Below are positions 35,901-45,310 of a DNA stretch of 64,000 nt, piece by piece. The notes under the pieces were generated by a model. That model was not told where the DNA came from, ran no database searches, and saw nothing but the letters and a program-made list of their open reading frames with translations. The stretch is from positions 62,001 through 126,000 of IMG/VR virus record IMGVR_UViG_3300026078_000017. One strand, 5' to 3'. Every line of letters begins with the position of its first letter. Position 1 is the first letter of the stretch. Both the position numbers and the translations under genes were made by a program.

Positions 35901-37522
35901 TCGAGTCCCTTCAGCACTTGCTGAATGCCAGGGAACATTTGTACGAATGCTTGACCAACAGATATACCTGCCAGATACGTTTGTCGCAAGGCCAAACGTA
36001 TGTCAATCATTAATTTTCGGAATTCCCTACTTCGTATTATCCCTCGTTCGAATCCTTGGAAGAATCTTTCAAAGAATCCTCCTGCACCCATACTACCGGA
36101 TTTAACCAAACGTTCAATAGCTCCAGCAATTTGCTGAAGAGCTTCTGCTTGGGTAAGTTGTGACTTACGAGCAGCATCAGATTTCTTTTTAACCTGCTCA
36201 TAACTCTGACTTTGGTTCTTTTGACTAAAGACAAGGTCCAGGGTACTGTCCTCCAAACCTGTCTGTTGTGCCAAAAGGGCACGCTCTTGACGTGTCATGT
36301 TTTCAACAGAACGTCCTGCGGCAAAGAATGCCTTTCGGATTTGTTCTGTTCGTTCTGCGGGGTCCTGTGCCTTAAGAAGTTGCAAGGCATCAAGCTGAAG
36401 ACCAAATGCCTGAGTAAGTTGAGAAGCTGACCTTGCAGCATCCTCAAAGTTGTCAAACTGGTCAATAACGCCAAGAAGACCCTTGACTTCAACACCAAGT
36501 CTACGGGCATAGACAGAAATCTGAGTAAGAATCTGAGGAGCCATACCTCCAAAGTGTTGGAAGTCGTTCATCATGTCGCCCACGTCCTGAGAGACTTGGG
36601 CGGCGGATTGTCCGAACTCATCCGCCAGTTGAACAGAATAGTTGGCTATTTGCCGGGTGACTTCGGTTAGGTCTTGTCCTAGAGCTTGCGCTCGTATACC
36701 AACGGCTTTTTGTCCTTCCTCCGTTAAGTGCAGACCTTTAAAGTATGCACCCACCGCCTCACCGTTCTTCATGAACTGTGTAGCAAGGTTGGCAAAGGTA
36801 TTTCCCATGTTTTTGGCGAACTCGGCTATGGTTTTCAGTCGTTCTGCCAATCTACCAAAGGTTCTCCATACACTGAGTCCCGTGTTGGCAAGTTCACCCT
36901 TCATTCCTCTAGAAATGTCAATAATGGCATTTGCAGAAGACTTTCTAAGGTCACCGAACTCCTTACGGATGTCCTCAAGAGCCTGACGAAGACTGTTGTC
37001 ACCTCCACCCTGACTTGCGAAGTTGATGAGGTTTCCAAGGATTTTGAACGGGAAGCTAATAACCGACAGAGCCAGTTGTCCCAGAGCTTCTATGGCTGTG
37101 GAGGTCGTAGACCCGAATAGTTGTAGAGCATGTGAGGTTCCACTTATACCTGCCGTAAATCCTTCCCAAATACCACTAAAGGCAGCAAACTGTGGCAAAA
37201 GCTTCACAGCCTGTTTTAAGGAACCCACAAGTCCTTGACCGCTTGTAAGGCTTTTTTTGAGAGAATTGGTGAAATTCTTCATTGTGTTGCCACCACCGAG
37301 TTTATCAGCGGCTTTAGCAGCATCTTCAAGGGTTTTTTGTTGTTTTTCGAGATTTCCAACAGTATTGCTGGAAGTGTTGTTCATTTGAGACAGGGAGTCA
37401 GAAATTTGACGCACTATGTCAAGCTGACTTTTCAGCGACTTAGTCTGAGCTTCCACAAGAGAATTCATGTCCTCTTGCAGTTGTTTCAATTGTTCTGCGA
37501 TTTTAATATTGTCTACAGCCAC
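32945..37522 (-). CDS. tail tape measure protein
   Basis: 1525 aa, helical, Ala/Gly/Leu-rich with hydrophobic mid-segments; lies between the chaperone and baseplate genes. Confidence 0.85.
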   Translation of the reverse strand: MAVDNIKIAEQLKQLQEDMNSLVEAQTKSLKSQLDIVRQISDSLSQMNNTSSNTVGNLEKQQKTLEDAAKAADKLGGGNTMKNFTNSLKKSLTSGQGLVGSLKQAVKLLPQFAAFSGIWEGFTAGISGTSHALQLFGSTTSTAIEALGQLALSVISFPFKILGNLINFASQGGGDNSLRQALEDIRKEFGDLRKSSANAIIDISRGMKGELANTGLSVWRTFGRLAERLKTIAEFAKNMGNTFANLATQFMKNGEAVGAYFKGLHLTEEGQKAVGIRAQALGQDLTEVTRQIANYSVQLADEFGQSAAQVSQDVGDMMNDFQHFGGMAPQILTQISVYARRLGVEVKGLLGVIDQFDNFEDAARSASQLTQAFGLQLDALQLLKAQDPAERTEQIRKAFFAAGRSVENMTRQERALLAQQTGLEDSTLDLVFSQKNQSQSYEQVKKKSDAARKSQLTQAEALQQIAGAIERLVKSGSMGAGGFFERFFQGFERGIIRSREFRKLMIDIRLALRQTYLAGISVGQAFVQMFPGIQQVLKGLDNLFDRNRFREMTKSLRTIFRDFFSSLTSTSGRDSFKNLMERLKTMFWNYFNGSTAAGRGILDGVRKFSKAMSVIIAGLITEAAKGITSGIRLITDLLSGRKSLGGGAEASGALSFIMELFQPILEAIKAAWPPLVAALEDLWQQEIWPRVRDFLVAHAGAISLLLFGPAFGRALIGGLVSAVGGSLTKGLIEAFTKAFAGTAVRQAAQSGLTSIIGSVANPQAIQAATAATVATGEAGAAAQAASATANASVIPRMLQIGAVIAIGVAAIVLGIWGLAELMRARHLTPTQMLSSAAVLGAAGLVMIEIAGAVALVSQAGNLIQGSLPGALIGLAAVGLFAAAMTAGIVYAVESLSGFDDRQLHNAVQAMEAGGIFVAAAAGILIAATAVGALFIATSGVGAIAAVAGIAAIAATSEAMIEEINHIIESISHMSIPGDIDRRLSIFTTVLSAVSDFGGMIVRISESTSHSSIWSWFTGNAAQQQIDSLAAVRKTVETLGHEMMDLVKGVIRQVDSLAVAPEQLQKAELFGRIMTSIGELLKNLQPPDSLLQADNSLFGSNIDERLNGLSLFVTVLGSSLKGILKAVVEQFQNLATGGGFSENALRSFEAVGHMLEIIGNLSRSLLIVINQQYSGLSTEELSARLPAVTDIINTLLTNIFTGGSGGLISSMTTLIQTMVAQVSGLSERDVSRLSTLAPVLKSAFEAIATIGNTVAGLGTLVSGVSPESQGAAIGTIRAIVGTMLYGIRDVITSLIESTKGLFTGLSRGDAANLISGVNAIKGMIEAVVSLPPALKSLYDGLSEGTQGQYEQITARLGTIISLFYDDAAHPASLPAFFRQMVGTFNNIPDIAGNPAAKLEQISKGISSLNVIRDIDFNDLATGIQANAEVLKSEAFQHLSTNISAMVEQVNSIATDLGAIQPVNINTSLKALAGRLGLGDSEEITIRNRDFNIDVNVTVNIDAQEMERVLVERPNSRIMSRPGGGGR

Positions 37523-37571
37523 AGACTAATCCAATCGACTCATAATTACATCTCAGTTGGAGTTTAGAGCC

Positions 37572-37925
37572 ATGTTAAAGAAAAAACCAGAAACCCTTGA
37601 TGAAATAATCCTCTCAGAAGCCAAAAAGGCCAAGGCTAGAGAAACCCTTATTACTGAAGGCAGTCTTTCTACAACTGGAAAGATTTTGTTTGCCTCGGTC
37701 GCTGCATACCTCGCTGGCAAGATAGCCTCTGGGTCATTTTTAAAGCTCCGTGGCAAGCCTGAGGAGCTTCGTGCAATGGCAGACGCTATCGTGGCTTCCA
37801 AAGCCTTCCTGGACGAACTGAAGCGTCCTGGAGCCACCATTGACAGCGTTATTGACAAAATGAACCTAAAGAACGTCACAACTGCCAAGTTTAAGCAGAT
37901 TACCGGTCAAAACTGGCCATTATAA
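37572..37925 (+). CDS. hypothetical protein with capsid-type leader
   Basis: ATG at 37572 preferred; TLDEIILSE...LITE leader; C-terminal TGQNWPL. Confidence 0.7.
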   Translation: MLKKKPETLDEIILSEAKKAKARETLITEGSLSTTGKILFASVAAYLAGKIASGSFLKLRGKPEELRAMADAIVASKAFLDELKRPGATIDSVIDKMNLKNVTTAKFKQITGQNWPL

Positions 37926-37941
37926 CTTTTATAGGTCAGCA

Positions 37942-38502
37942 ATGTCAGACTCAAAACTGCAATATAAGAAGATTCGAGAAAAGAAGTTCAAGCTCCTTGA
38001 TAAAGAGTCTGGCTATGACAAGCACATTGTTTTAAAGTCCTTCGAAATGCCAAATGGCATGACAGAGAACTTCTTTATCGACGACAACAAGAGTTCTGTG
38101 CAGATTTTTGCCATAACCGATGATGAACAAGTCTTGTGTGTCAAACAGTTCCGAGCTGGACCCGAGAAGGTTCAACTGGAAATCCCAGGTGGCGGATTGG
38201 AAGACGGGGAAAATCCACAAGAGGCAGCAGCAAGAGAACTTTTGGAAGAAACCGGGTATGCCGGTTCTGTACCTGTGTTTCTAGCTGCCTTGGACTATTC
38301 CCCATATTCTTCTGGCAAGAGATACATGTACATGTGTACCGAGTGCCAAAAGAAAAAGGAACTCGACTTGGATCCAAATGAGTTCCTTGAAGTAGTTCTC
38401 GTTCCCTTGGAACAATTTAGAAAACTAATGATTGAAGGCAAAGTAAGAGGTCATGACACAGCCTACATGGGGCTTGACAGACTTCATCGTCTGTCATTTT
38501 AG
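37942..38502 (+). CDS. NUDIX hydrolase (ADP-ribose pyrophosphatase-like)
   Basis: Nudix box GGGLEDGENPQEAAARELLEETG; KQFR...LEIPGG typical of ADPRase/NudF. Confidence 0.9.
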   Translation: MSDSKLQYKKIREKKFKLLDKESGYDKHIVLKSFEMPNGMTENFFIDDNKSSVQIFAITDDEQVLCVKQFRAGPEKVQLEIPGGGLEDGENPQEAAARELLEETGYAGSVPVFLAALDYSPYSSGKRYMYMCTECQKKKELDLDPNEFLEVVLVPLEQFRKLMIEGKVRGHDTAYMGLDRLHRLSF

Positions 38503-38778
38503 AATTGTCGACCTCTAAGTTTTGCTGGTACCTGTGGGCGAAGTTTGCCCTGAAGAGACCTAATGTCTGGAGTGTTGTGATGAGCTGCCTTTGATGGAGG
38601 TTCTTTACCTTCCTTGGAAGCTTTCTCAAATTCTTCGTTCAGTCGTTTAATCAACCATCTTCGGTATGTAAGAGGGAAGTTGTAAAACGTCACCCAATCC
38701 ATACCGAAGTAGTAAGATAGCGCAAAGAAGGGCTCAAGAATTAGGAGTTCACGATTTTCTGGCGTTGGGCCAAAAAAA
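38499..38778 (-). CDS. tail chaperone C-terminal extension (gpT-like), probably reached by frameshift
   Basis: The open frame crosses the T7 run at the end of the chaperone: FFGPTPENRELLILEPFFALSYYFGMDW...RRWLIKRL; its first ATG (38702) has no clear SD. Confidence 0.6.
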
Positions 38779-39630
38779 GCTCGGACCGAGTGGCAACGGC
38801 ATGACCTCCCAGTGTTCACAGTTCTTACATGTGAAGTCAAACTTCATGTCAATACCTGGTTCAATTTCATCCATGTACTGACGAAGTGCAATGGAGTCCT
38901 TTGCTGGCATGAAGGAAATGAACTGAGCAAGTTTCGTCTTGTCCTCAATACCTCCAACCGACACAATCGAGTGAAGCAAACGAGTTGTGACAATGTTGTC
39001 ATTTTGAATGCCACGCTTTTTCTTAGCTTCAAGCGTTGCCAAAATCTCTTCTTCTTCCTTGCCTGTCAAGAACTTAAAAATAACTTCCTTCTTGGTTTGT
39101 GGTAAAGTAAAGGAAAACTTGTTGACGCCTGCCTCAATAGGAGATGCCTTAAGGTCCTTCACTTCAAGACCATTGAGGTCTACAGAAATCTCGTTCTTCT
39201 GTTCGCACTTTGGACAATCCATGGAGCCGGCATACTCAGCACCATAACCAAGAATACGAATGGCAATCATGAGGGCGTTTCTGTCGCCACCAATGAGGCT
39301 CTGTACGTCCACGCCATCTGTAACGATACAGGACTTGATAAGTTCGGAAATAACGGTACCCTTACGAATAAGGGCGCGAGACATAAGAATGTCTTCTTCT
39401 CTTGTGGTCATACCACGGATGTCCACAGTCTGTTGCATGTGTAGTGGACTATCAAGAGGATAAATCACACCACCGCTTGGAAGTGGTACTGCGGAGACTG
39501 GAATATCCAACCCGAAGTCACGCCTCATGACCTCTTCTTTTGAAATCGAATTTGCTGAAGATGCTCTTTCAGCAGCTTCTCTTGCTGCAAAAATTGCGTT
39601 CTTCGTCTTGCGGTCATCTTCATCTGACAT
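38749..39630 (-). CDS. tail assembly chaperone / T4 gp26-like baseplate hub assembly protein
   Basis: VPLPSGG, MTTREEDIL, GDRNALMIAIR, CPKC...CKNC, ending LGPSFFWP; upstream of the tape measure gene. Confidence 0.75.
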   Translation of the reverse strand: MSDEDDRKTKNAIFAAREAAERASSANSISKEEVMRRDFGLDIPVSAVPLPSGGVIYPLDSPLHMQQTVDIRGMTTREEDILMSRALIRKGTVISELIKSCIVTDGVDVQSLIGGDRNALMIAIRILGYGAEYAGSMDCPKCEQKNEISVDLNGLEVKDLKASPIEAGVNKFSFTLPQTKKEVIFKFLTGKEEEEILATLEAKKKRGIQNDNIVTTRLLHSIVSVGGIEDKTKLAQFISFMPAKDSIALRQYMDEIEPGIDMKFDFTCKNCEHWEVMPLPLGPSFFWPNARKS

Positions 39631-39639
39631 AAATTAAAA

Positions 39640-39678
39640 ACTCCTAGTTCACTGGTTGTAGCGTACTAGGAGTAAATA
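39640..39678 (-). promoter_or_regulatory. TATTTA motif plus 9-bp hairpin that sequesters the SD; may also act as a terminator
   Basis: Minus strand: TATTTA CTCCTAGT-N16-ACTAGGAG TTTTT aattt ATG. Confidence 0.6.
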
Positions 39679-39711
39679 CATTTGTCTTTAAGTTTTGGGA
39701 AAGATAGGATT

Positions 39712-40014
39712 TTACAACTTAGACATGTCTAGCATGTCTTCTGTAGAAGGTGTTGGTTGTTCTGGTTTTGGGTTATGGCTTTTGTGAAGTTCAAGGGTTG
39801 CAACAGCGGATTTAAGAAGAGCAAGTGCTTTTTCAGGATCTCCACCGGCTCCTGCCATGGCGGTCATAATCAAGCTCCAGCGTCCTTTAAGTTTGCCTTG
39901 AGCCTGAAGGAGTTTCATTTTCTCCCAATCAATACCGAACATTCCGGCTTCCTGAAGCTTTTTGTCAACTGCCTCTCTAATGAGAGACCTAAGTTCTGTA
40001 AGGGAAATTTCCAT
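39712..40014 (-). CDS. hypothetical protein with capsid-type leader
   Basis: MEISLTELRSLIREAVDKKLQE N-terminus. Confidence 0.7.
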   Translation of the reverse strand: MEISLTELRSLIREAVDKKLQEAGMFGIDWEKMKLLQAQGKLKGRWSLIMTAMAGAGGDPEKALALLKSAVATLELHKSHNPKPEQPTPSTEDMLDMSKL

Positions 40015-40040
40015 ATTAGTTCAAATAAATGGTTAATATT

Positions 40041-40529
40041 TCAGTACTGAAGAACAGCGTTATCAAAGCGAATGGTAAGTGCGATTTCTGTCTGATCAGA
40101 ACCTTCGTAGGTAATATCGTTAAAGTTAGCTTCCTGTACCCAGGCGCCCTTGATATCCCAAAGCTGAATGACTGTACCAACTGGATCAAGCATTTTAATC
40201 TGAATGTCACGCTTGTAGAAGTCAGCGTAACCAGAACGACCAGTTACCGACTCGAAGCAAAGACGAATCCACTCCATAACCTGCTGTGCACCCGATGGAG
40301 CAATGGCATCATGGAGAGTTACAGCCATCGTACCGAAGGTTGTCTTACCAGCAACATAACGTGTGGAGTTAATCCAGTTAATTGCCACTTCTTCTGTCGT
40401 GATCGTTGGACGAGCAGCGGTTTTTACCAAAAATGCGTCAACGCCTTCAATCGCAAGCAAGAACTGACGTTTTGCAATCGGTTGAAACTTCGTTGGAAGC
40501 ATCTCTGTTACATCTAAGGTTGTTGCCAT
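40041..40529 (-). CDS. tail tube protein (T4 gp19-like)
   Basis: PIAKRQFLL, AARPTI, YVAGKTTF, QQVMEW, ADFYKRDI, WDIKGAW, LTIRFD; 162 aa downstream of the sheaths. Confidence 0.88.
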   Translation of the reverse strand: MATTLDVTEMLPTKFQPIAKRQFLLAIEGVDAFLVKTAARPTITTEEVAINWINSTRYVAGKTTFGTMAVTLHDAIAPSGAQQVMEWIRLCFESVTGRSGYADFYKRDIQIKMLDPVGTVIQLWDIKGAWVQEANFNDITYEGSDQTEIALTIRFDNAVLQY

Positions 40530-40577
40530 AATCTTTTATTTCTCTCCAATATTTCTAAGTATTGTTCTCTAGGGGTT

Positions 40578-41555
40578 TTAAATCCACTCGAATCCAAGGT
40601 TATCCATAATACTAGAAGCCAAATTCTCAGCTCTTTCGCAGACACCCGCAAACTCTGGGTCCTCGGACTGACAGTCTGCCAAAGCCTGAACGACTACTTT
40701 CATACCCTCTGGTGTGGACATTTTAGCCTCAGCCTCATGTGGGTTAAGTCCTGCAACTTCCATTGCAACTTCAAAAGCCTCACGGTCAGAACGACCAAGC
40801 TTCCAGTGCCAACCATTTGCCATTGCCTTGTGCCAAAGCTCTTCAGAAGGCATTTGTCCCCAGGTCATTTTGGCCAAATAGCCATGTTCATGACGGTCAT
40901 AGGGTTTTTCTGAAGGCTCCTCAGCTAAAGGGCTGGCTGCCTCTCCCATCTCATCAGACATTCCAAGCTTTTGCTTGAGTTCTGCCTTTCTGTGTTCGAG
41001 AGATTTTCTGGTCATGCCAGAAAGCATGTTGCTACCAGAAAGTTGGGATTCAATTCTCTCAAGTTCTGTGTGTGGATCTTCGCCTGGGTCAACATTGTGG
41101 TTATAACCCATTTCTTTACCAAGTAGGTCAAGTTCATCTGGGCCAAGTTCATTCAAGTCATCGGCAGTTGCCAAAATCTGGACGCCTGCAAGTGGAACAG
41201 CCTGCATTTTAATGCCATCACGGGTAATAGCAACCTTGTCACCACTAACCTGAACGACATAACCTGTCTTGCCATGGAATGCCACGAGGTCGCCTTCTGC
41301 TGGCATTTCACCCATGGACTCACGGAGCATCCTATTTTCCTTCAAACGGGCTGAGATGGCTTCCTTGACCATTGCACGAAGGTGTTCTACGGTAATCTTT
41401 TGAACGCCTTCATTTTGAGACTTCTCCTTGTCGTCCTTGATTTTCTCACGACGATCAGAAGCACTTTGCTTGGACTTGTTGAGTTGCAAGGCAACTGCCT
41501 CACGAACCATTTTCTGGAGTTCCTGAATGGAAACTTTTGTTACTTTTTCTGTCAT
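40578..41555 (-). CDS. hypothetical protein with two capsid-type leader motifs
   Basis: KVSIQELQKMVREAV and KITVEHLRAMVKEAI repeats. Confidence 0.7.
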   Translation of the reverse strand: MTEKVTKVSIQELQKMVREAVALQLNKSKQSASDRREKIKDDKEKSQNEGVQKITVEHLRAMVKEAISARLKENRMLRESMGEMPAEGDLVAFHGKTGYVVQVSGDKVAITRDGIKMQAVPLAGVQILATADDLNELGPDELDLLGKEMGYNHNVDPGEDPHTELERIESQLSGSNMLSGMTRKSLEHRKAELKQKLGMSDEMGEAASPLAEEPSEKPYDRHEHGYLAKMTWGQMPSEELWHKAMANGWHWKLGRSDREAFEVAMEVAGLNPHEAEAKMSTPEGMKVVVQALADCQSEDPEFAGVCERAENLASSIMDNLGFEWI

Positions 41556-42241
41556 ACTCTTGCTCCTGCGAAACCAGGCGTTGCGGGTTCATCTTCTGCA
41601 TCTACAACTCTTGAACCTACTACTCTTGGAGTTGCTTCTGGTCTATAACCTGCCAAAGCCTCAGCATCCTGTTCAAGGTTGTAACCCTGAGTACCTGCCT
41701 CTTTTGCCATAGCAGAAAGATATACTTCAATTCTCTTCTTCTCTTCCATCAAGGCATTATAGAACATGCCTACGACCTGAAGAACCTCACGCTCATACTT
41801 GCCTCTGGATTCCTGAGGAAGCGAGTCAAGCAAGTTGTAAAACTTACCAAAAAGGTCAAAAACGGAGTTTTGGAGAGTGTTGATTGCTTGTGAACTTCTA
41901 ATGGCATCTGCCTTGAAACTTGTTACTTGCTTTCTGGCATTTGCAATCGTCTTGTCCAACAAACCCTGGACCTGTTTAGGATCCGAGGTTCTGTGCTGAG
42001 GATCAACAAGGACGTTCTTGTTGTAGAAGTCCTTAGCTTTCATGTCGGCACCTAAATACTTGTTCTTGACCCAGCTCTTGGCTCTGTCAATCCAGTCAGC
42101 CTCATTGAGGTCCAACATTTCATTGATAAGAACAACTCTGTTTTCAAGCATGATTCTTTGAACCTGCTTGTTCTCAGAAAGTGCCTTTTTGACTGACTCG
42201 TTTATGGTTGCCTTAAGCAAGGCGGGTGTAACTTTGCTCAT
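41552..42241 (-). CDS. hypothetical protein with capsid-type leader
   Basis: MSKVTPALLKATINESVKKALSE...LINEMLDLNE. Confidence 0.7.
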   Translation of the reverse strand: MSKVTPALLKATINESVKKALSENKQVQRIMLENRVVLINEMLDLNEADWIDRAKSWVKNKYLGADMKAKDFYNKNVLVDPQHRTSDPKQVQGLLDKTIANARKQVTSFKADAIRSSQAINTLQNSVFDLFGKFYNLLDSLPQESRGKYEREVLQVVGMFYNALMEEKKRIEVYLSAMAKEAGTQGYNLEQDAEALAGYRPEATPRVVGSRVVDAEDEPATPGFAGARV

Positions 42242-42252
42242 TTGTTATCCAA

Positions 42253-45252
42253 TCAAGTAATGTTGAAGTTGCCTTGGTTCGTAAGTACGAATGTAAGGTC
42301 CAAGAACTCAAGGGAACGAACTGGGACAATGAAAATCTTACCACGAATGGTCTTGTTCTCAATATCCACCTGTGTGGTTGTGGTTGTGTCAATCTTCACA
42401 AGGAAGGACTCAACACCCTGCTGATCTTGAACCTTCTTCAAGATAGGCTGGCAAAGTTGCTGGAATCTTGCAAGGGTGGATGCACGGTTTGGTTCAAACA
42501 AGAATCTGTTTGCAACCTTACGGATTTGACGACGAAGGCTAAGAAGAAGACGACGTACGTTGACTCTTTCAAGCGCACTTGGCGTTGCAAGAAGCGTCTT
42601 CTGACCCCAAACAACCGTACCCTCGGAACCTGGGAAGGCGACGATTGGGTTAATGTTGACTTGGTAAAGGTCATCCATGTTTCCACGGGAAAGTTTCACA
42701 GCAGCCTCTTGAGTTGTGTCAAGAGCACCACGAGAGAAACCTGCTGGAGCAAACCATGGGAAGGCAACAGCGTCGTTCTTGGAGAATGCACCAAGGACAG
42801 CAACAGAAGGAGCAACCTCACGAACTACGTTCGAAAGCTGATCTCTCAAAATCACGTTAGGGAAGTATGCAGCACCGAAGGAGCTGTTAAGACCACGACC
42901 TGTGAAGTTGTTGACAGTATTTCTTACAGAAATGATTTGGTCTTGTCCACCAACCATTGTGTGAGCCTGCGAGTCAAGTTCTTCAATGTCCATCAAATAA
43001 ATGGCATCGAAACGATTTTCTGCGACTGCAAGAGCCTGGTCAGTAAGGTATCTGTGACGGATACCTGGAAGTGTCATAATTTGAATGTCAAGCTCAGATG
43101 TGTCGTTCATGATGGACAAGGAACGCTCATAAGCCTTAACGGTTGGACCAGAAGACAACAAACGGTTACCGTTGTTGAGTTCTTGAACAACTGCTGTGTT
43201 GCTCATGTACTGACACTCACGATCGAAGATTCTTACACCGTCAAATCCGCCTTCAACAAAGAAGGAGAACTTGGCTACCTGGCGAACCGTTGGGTCTGCA
43301 AGGTCATCAACTGTCAAAGCACGGGTAAGACCAACCGTGTCGGTTGTGATGCCGCCAGCACGAACGTAGGTCCAGTTCTGGAGGTTGTTCATGTCTGGGG
43401 AGTTGCTTGCCGCAATGTAAGGTACCTTGATTTTCTCAAGGGAGAACAAGTTGTTGTTAAATCTGTCAGCATCCAAGATGCCGTTGCTTGCTGTGTCAGC
43501 CACGCCCTCATTGTCTCTTACAACAACGCTCTGCCAGTCTGTGTGGAAGTTTGGCAAATATTTTGCAAACGAACAAACGGAAGTGTCTGGAACAAGCGAT
43601 GCATTCGACTCAGAGATGGAAATAACCTTTTCGAACTGAACACCCCAATAAAGAGCACGGTCACCAATTTGGTTACCAGATGCACCACGGGAGAGGTTTC
43701 TACGCATTGGAACTGGTGGTTGTGCAAGGTTGAACCATGGGTTCGAAGCAACCAAGTTCGTTGCGTCTGCATAACCGCCCATTGGGCCTGTACCAGAAAC
43801 CATCAAGTGTTGATTTCCTCTGAAGCCTACTGGAAGTGCTGTTGGGTCAACGTTTGCGTCATTTACGCCAGAAGCAACTTCAACACGAATGTACTTGGAG
43901 TTATTTGGGTAGTCGCCATCAACAACAAGCTTCTGTTCGCCATTTGCGGCTTCGAAGTTATAGAATGTGTGGTAGTTACCAATAACACGTGCAACGTAGT
44001 TGTCAGCATTTGGATCAAGGGACAAACCTCTCCACTGCTCAAGAACTGCACGGCTCTTGTCTGTGTCGGTTCCATCACGAACAAGCAAGTCGAACTTACC
44101 ATAAAGGTAGGTGTCGCTGAGGCTTGGCGAGATATTTTCGATGGAGATTTTTACTTTACCAGTTGTGTAAGCACCGTCATCCAAGGTGTGAACCTTGAAC
44201 AAGTTTTGTGGCTTGCCACCAAAGAGCTGGGATGTTACCCATGGGCTCTTTGCTGTTCTAAATCTGTCTTCGAAGTTTTCAAAGTTAGGAGCTACGGTTG
44301 AACCAGAGTTTCTTGTCTGGGAACCTGTGAGCAAGAATGCTGCTCTTTCAAGACCGGCCGAACTGGAGACGATTGCACCAGCGCCTGTTACGACTGCAAC
44401 TGATGGGTAAATGTCCCAGGAGTTGTAGAGAACGTAACCAGCCTGTTCAAGGCGGAATGGGTCTTTGTTGAAAATGCTACCGAAGTAGTTTGGTGCTGTT
44501 GGGTCAAAGGATGCCGTAACAACGTTTGGATAAGAGAGGTCCAAACCACGATGACCATTAAGGAGCATAACGAACTCTTGTTTGGAGTTCGCAAGATTTA
44601 CAGAACCTGTCTGACCACCACGGATGTTTGCACCAGCGGCTGCAAGAGTTGTGGATGGAGCTGAGTTTGTACCAACCGAGTCTGAAAGTGTCAAAACGAC
44701 ACCGGATGCTGCCATGATCATGCCACGGACAACTGGAAGACCAACACCAACTCTACCTGCCTCAGAGAACCATGTCGAGCCATTGGACTCGGACATGAAA
44801 GCACCGATCATGTACATTCTGCCAAGAGGACCGACATCGGTACCCGAGGATGTAACTGCATAAGCATTGTAGCCAAGAGCACCAGAAAGGACGCTTTGTG
44901 GCTGTTGATCACCGACTACGAAACCTGCGTTTGTAACCTTGCCCTTGTTGTTTCCAGCCGTTGTACGTGGGTCACCAGTACCAATACCAAGAACACGAAG
45001 GAAGGTTGCTGCCTGAGCATTTCTAAGCCACTCAGATACTGCTAAAGGACCATTTACTGCGCCGTCTGTTGTCTTACCGAACACAACAATAAAGTCTTGT
45101 GTCGTTGGAACAGTCATTGGCACGAATGCTGGTCCTTTCTGAGCAGAACCAACAACACCAGCAGGGATACCCACTGGTACAAGTGCTGTCGGACCAGTCA
45201 AGTTTATTGTTCTTGCTGATACGCCCGCTGATTTGAAGTTTATCTCAGTCAT
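42253..45252 (-). CDS. contractile tail sheath protein (copy 2)
   Basis: GVVGSAQKGPAFVP, PWFAPAGFSRG, INPIVAFP, VWGQKTL, RVNVRRLL, FEPN. Confidence 0.93.
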   Translation of the reverse strand: MTEINFKSAGVSARTINLTGPTALVPVGIPAGVVGSAQKGPAFVPMTVPTTQDFIVVFGKTTDGAVNGPLAVSEWLRNAQAATFLRVLGIGTGDPRTTAGNNKGKVTNAGFVVGDQQPQSVLSGALGYNAYAVTSSGTDVGPLGRMYMIGAFMSESNGSTWFSEAGRVGVGLPVVRGMIMAASGVVLTLSDSVGTNSAPSTTLAAAGANIRGGQTGSVNLANSKQEFVMLLNGHRGLDLSYPNVVTASFDPTAPNYFGSIFNKDPFRLEQAGYVLYNSWDIYPSVAVVTGAGAIVSSSAGLERAAFLLTGSQTRNSGSTVAPNFENFEDRFRTAKSPWVTSQLFGGKPQNLFKVHTLDDGAYTTGKVKISIENISPSLSDTYLYGKFDLLVRDGTDTDKSRAVLEQWRGLSLDPNADNYVARVIGNYHTFYNFEAANGEQKLVVDGDYPNNSKYIRVEVASGVNDANVDPTALPVGFRGNQHLMVSGTGPMGGYADATNLVASNPWFNLAQPPVPMRRNLSRGASGNQIGDRALYWGVQFEKVISISESNASLVPDTSVCSFAKYLPNFHTDWQSVVVRDNEGVADTASNGILDADRFNNNLFSLEKIKVPYIAASNSPDMNNLQNWTYVRAGGITTDTVGLTRALTVDDLADPTVRQVAKFSFFVEGGFDGVRIFDRECQYMSNTAVVQELNNGNRLLSSGPTVKAYERSLSIMNDTSELDIQIMTLPGIRHRYLTDQALAVAENRFDAIYLMDIEELDSQAHTMVGGQDQIISVRNTVNNFTGRGLNSSFGAAYFPNVILRDQLSNVVREVAPSVAVLGAFSKNDAVAFPWFAPAGFSRGALDTTQEAAVKLSRGNMDDLYQVNINPIVAFPGSEGTVVWGQKTLLATPSALERVNVRRLLLSLRRQIRKVANRFLFEPNRASTLARFQQLCQPILKKVQDQQGVESFLVKIDTTTTTQVDIENKTIRGKIFIVPVRSLEFLDLTFVLTNQGNFNIT

Positions 45253-45310
45253 TTTTTCTCTTCCTTGAGCTTTTTCTAAGTATTGGCCTGATTTACTTTA
45301 ATATCCCCTA

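Noticed and set aside
42274-44301. 675-aa plus-strand ORF
   Set aside because: Antisense shadow of a sheath gene: Cys/Val-rich, no motifs, no SD. Long shadows are expected opposite codon-biased genes.
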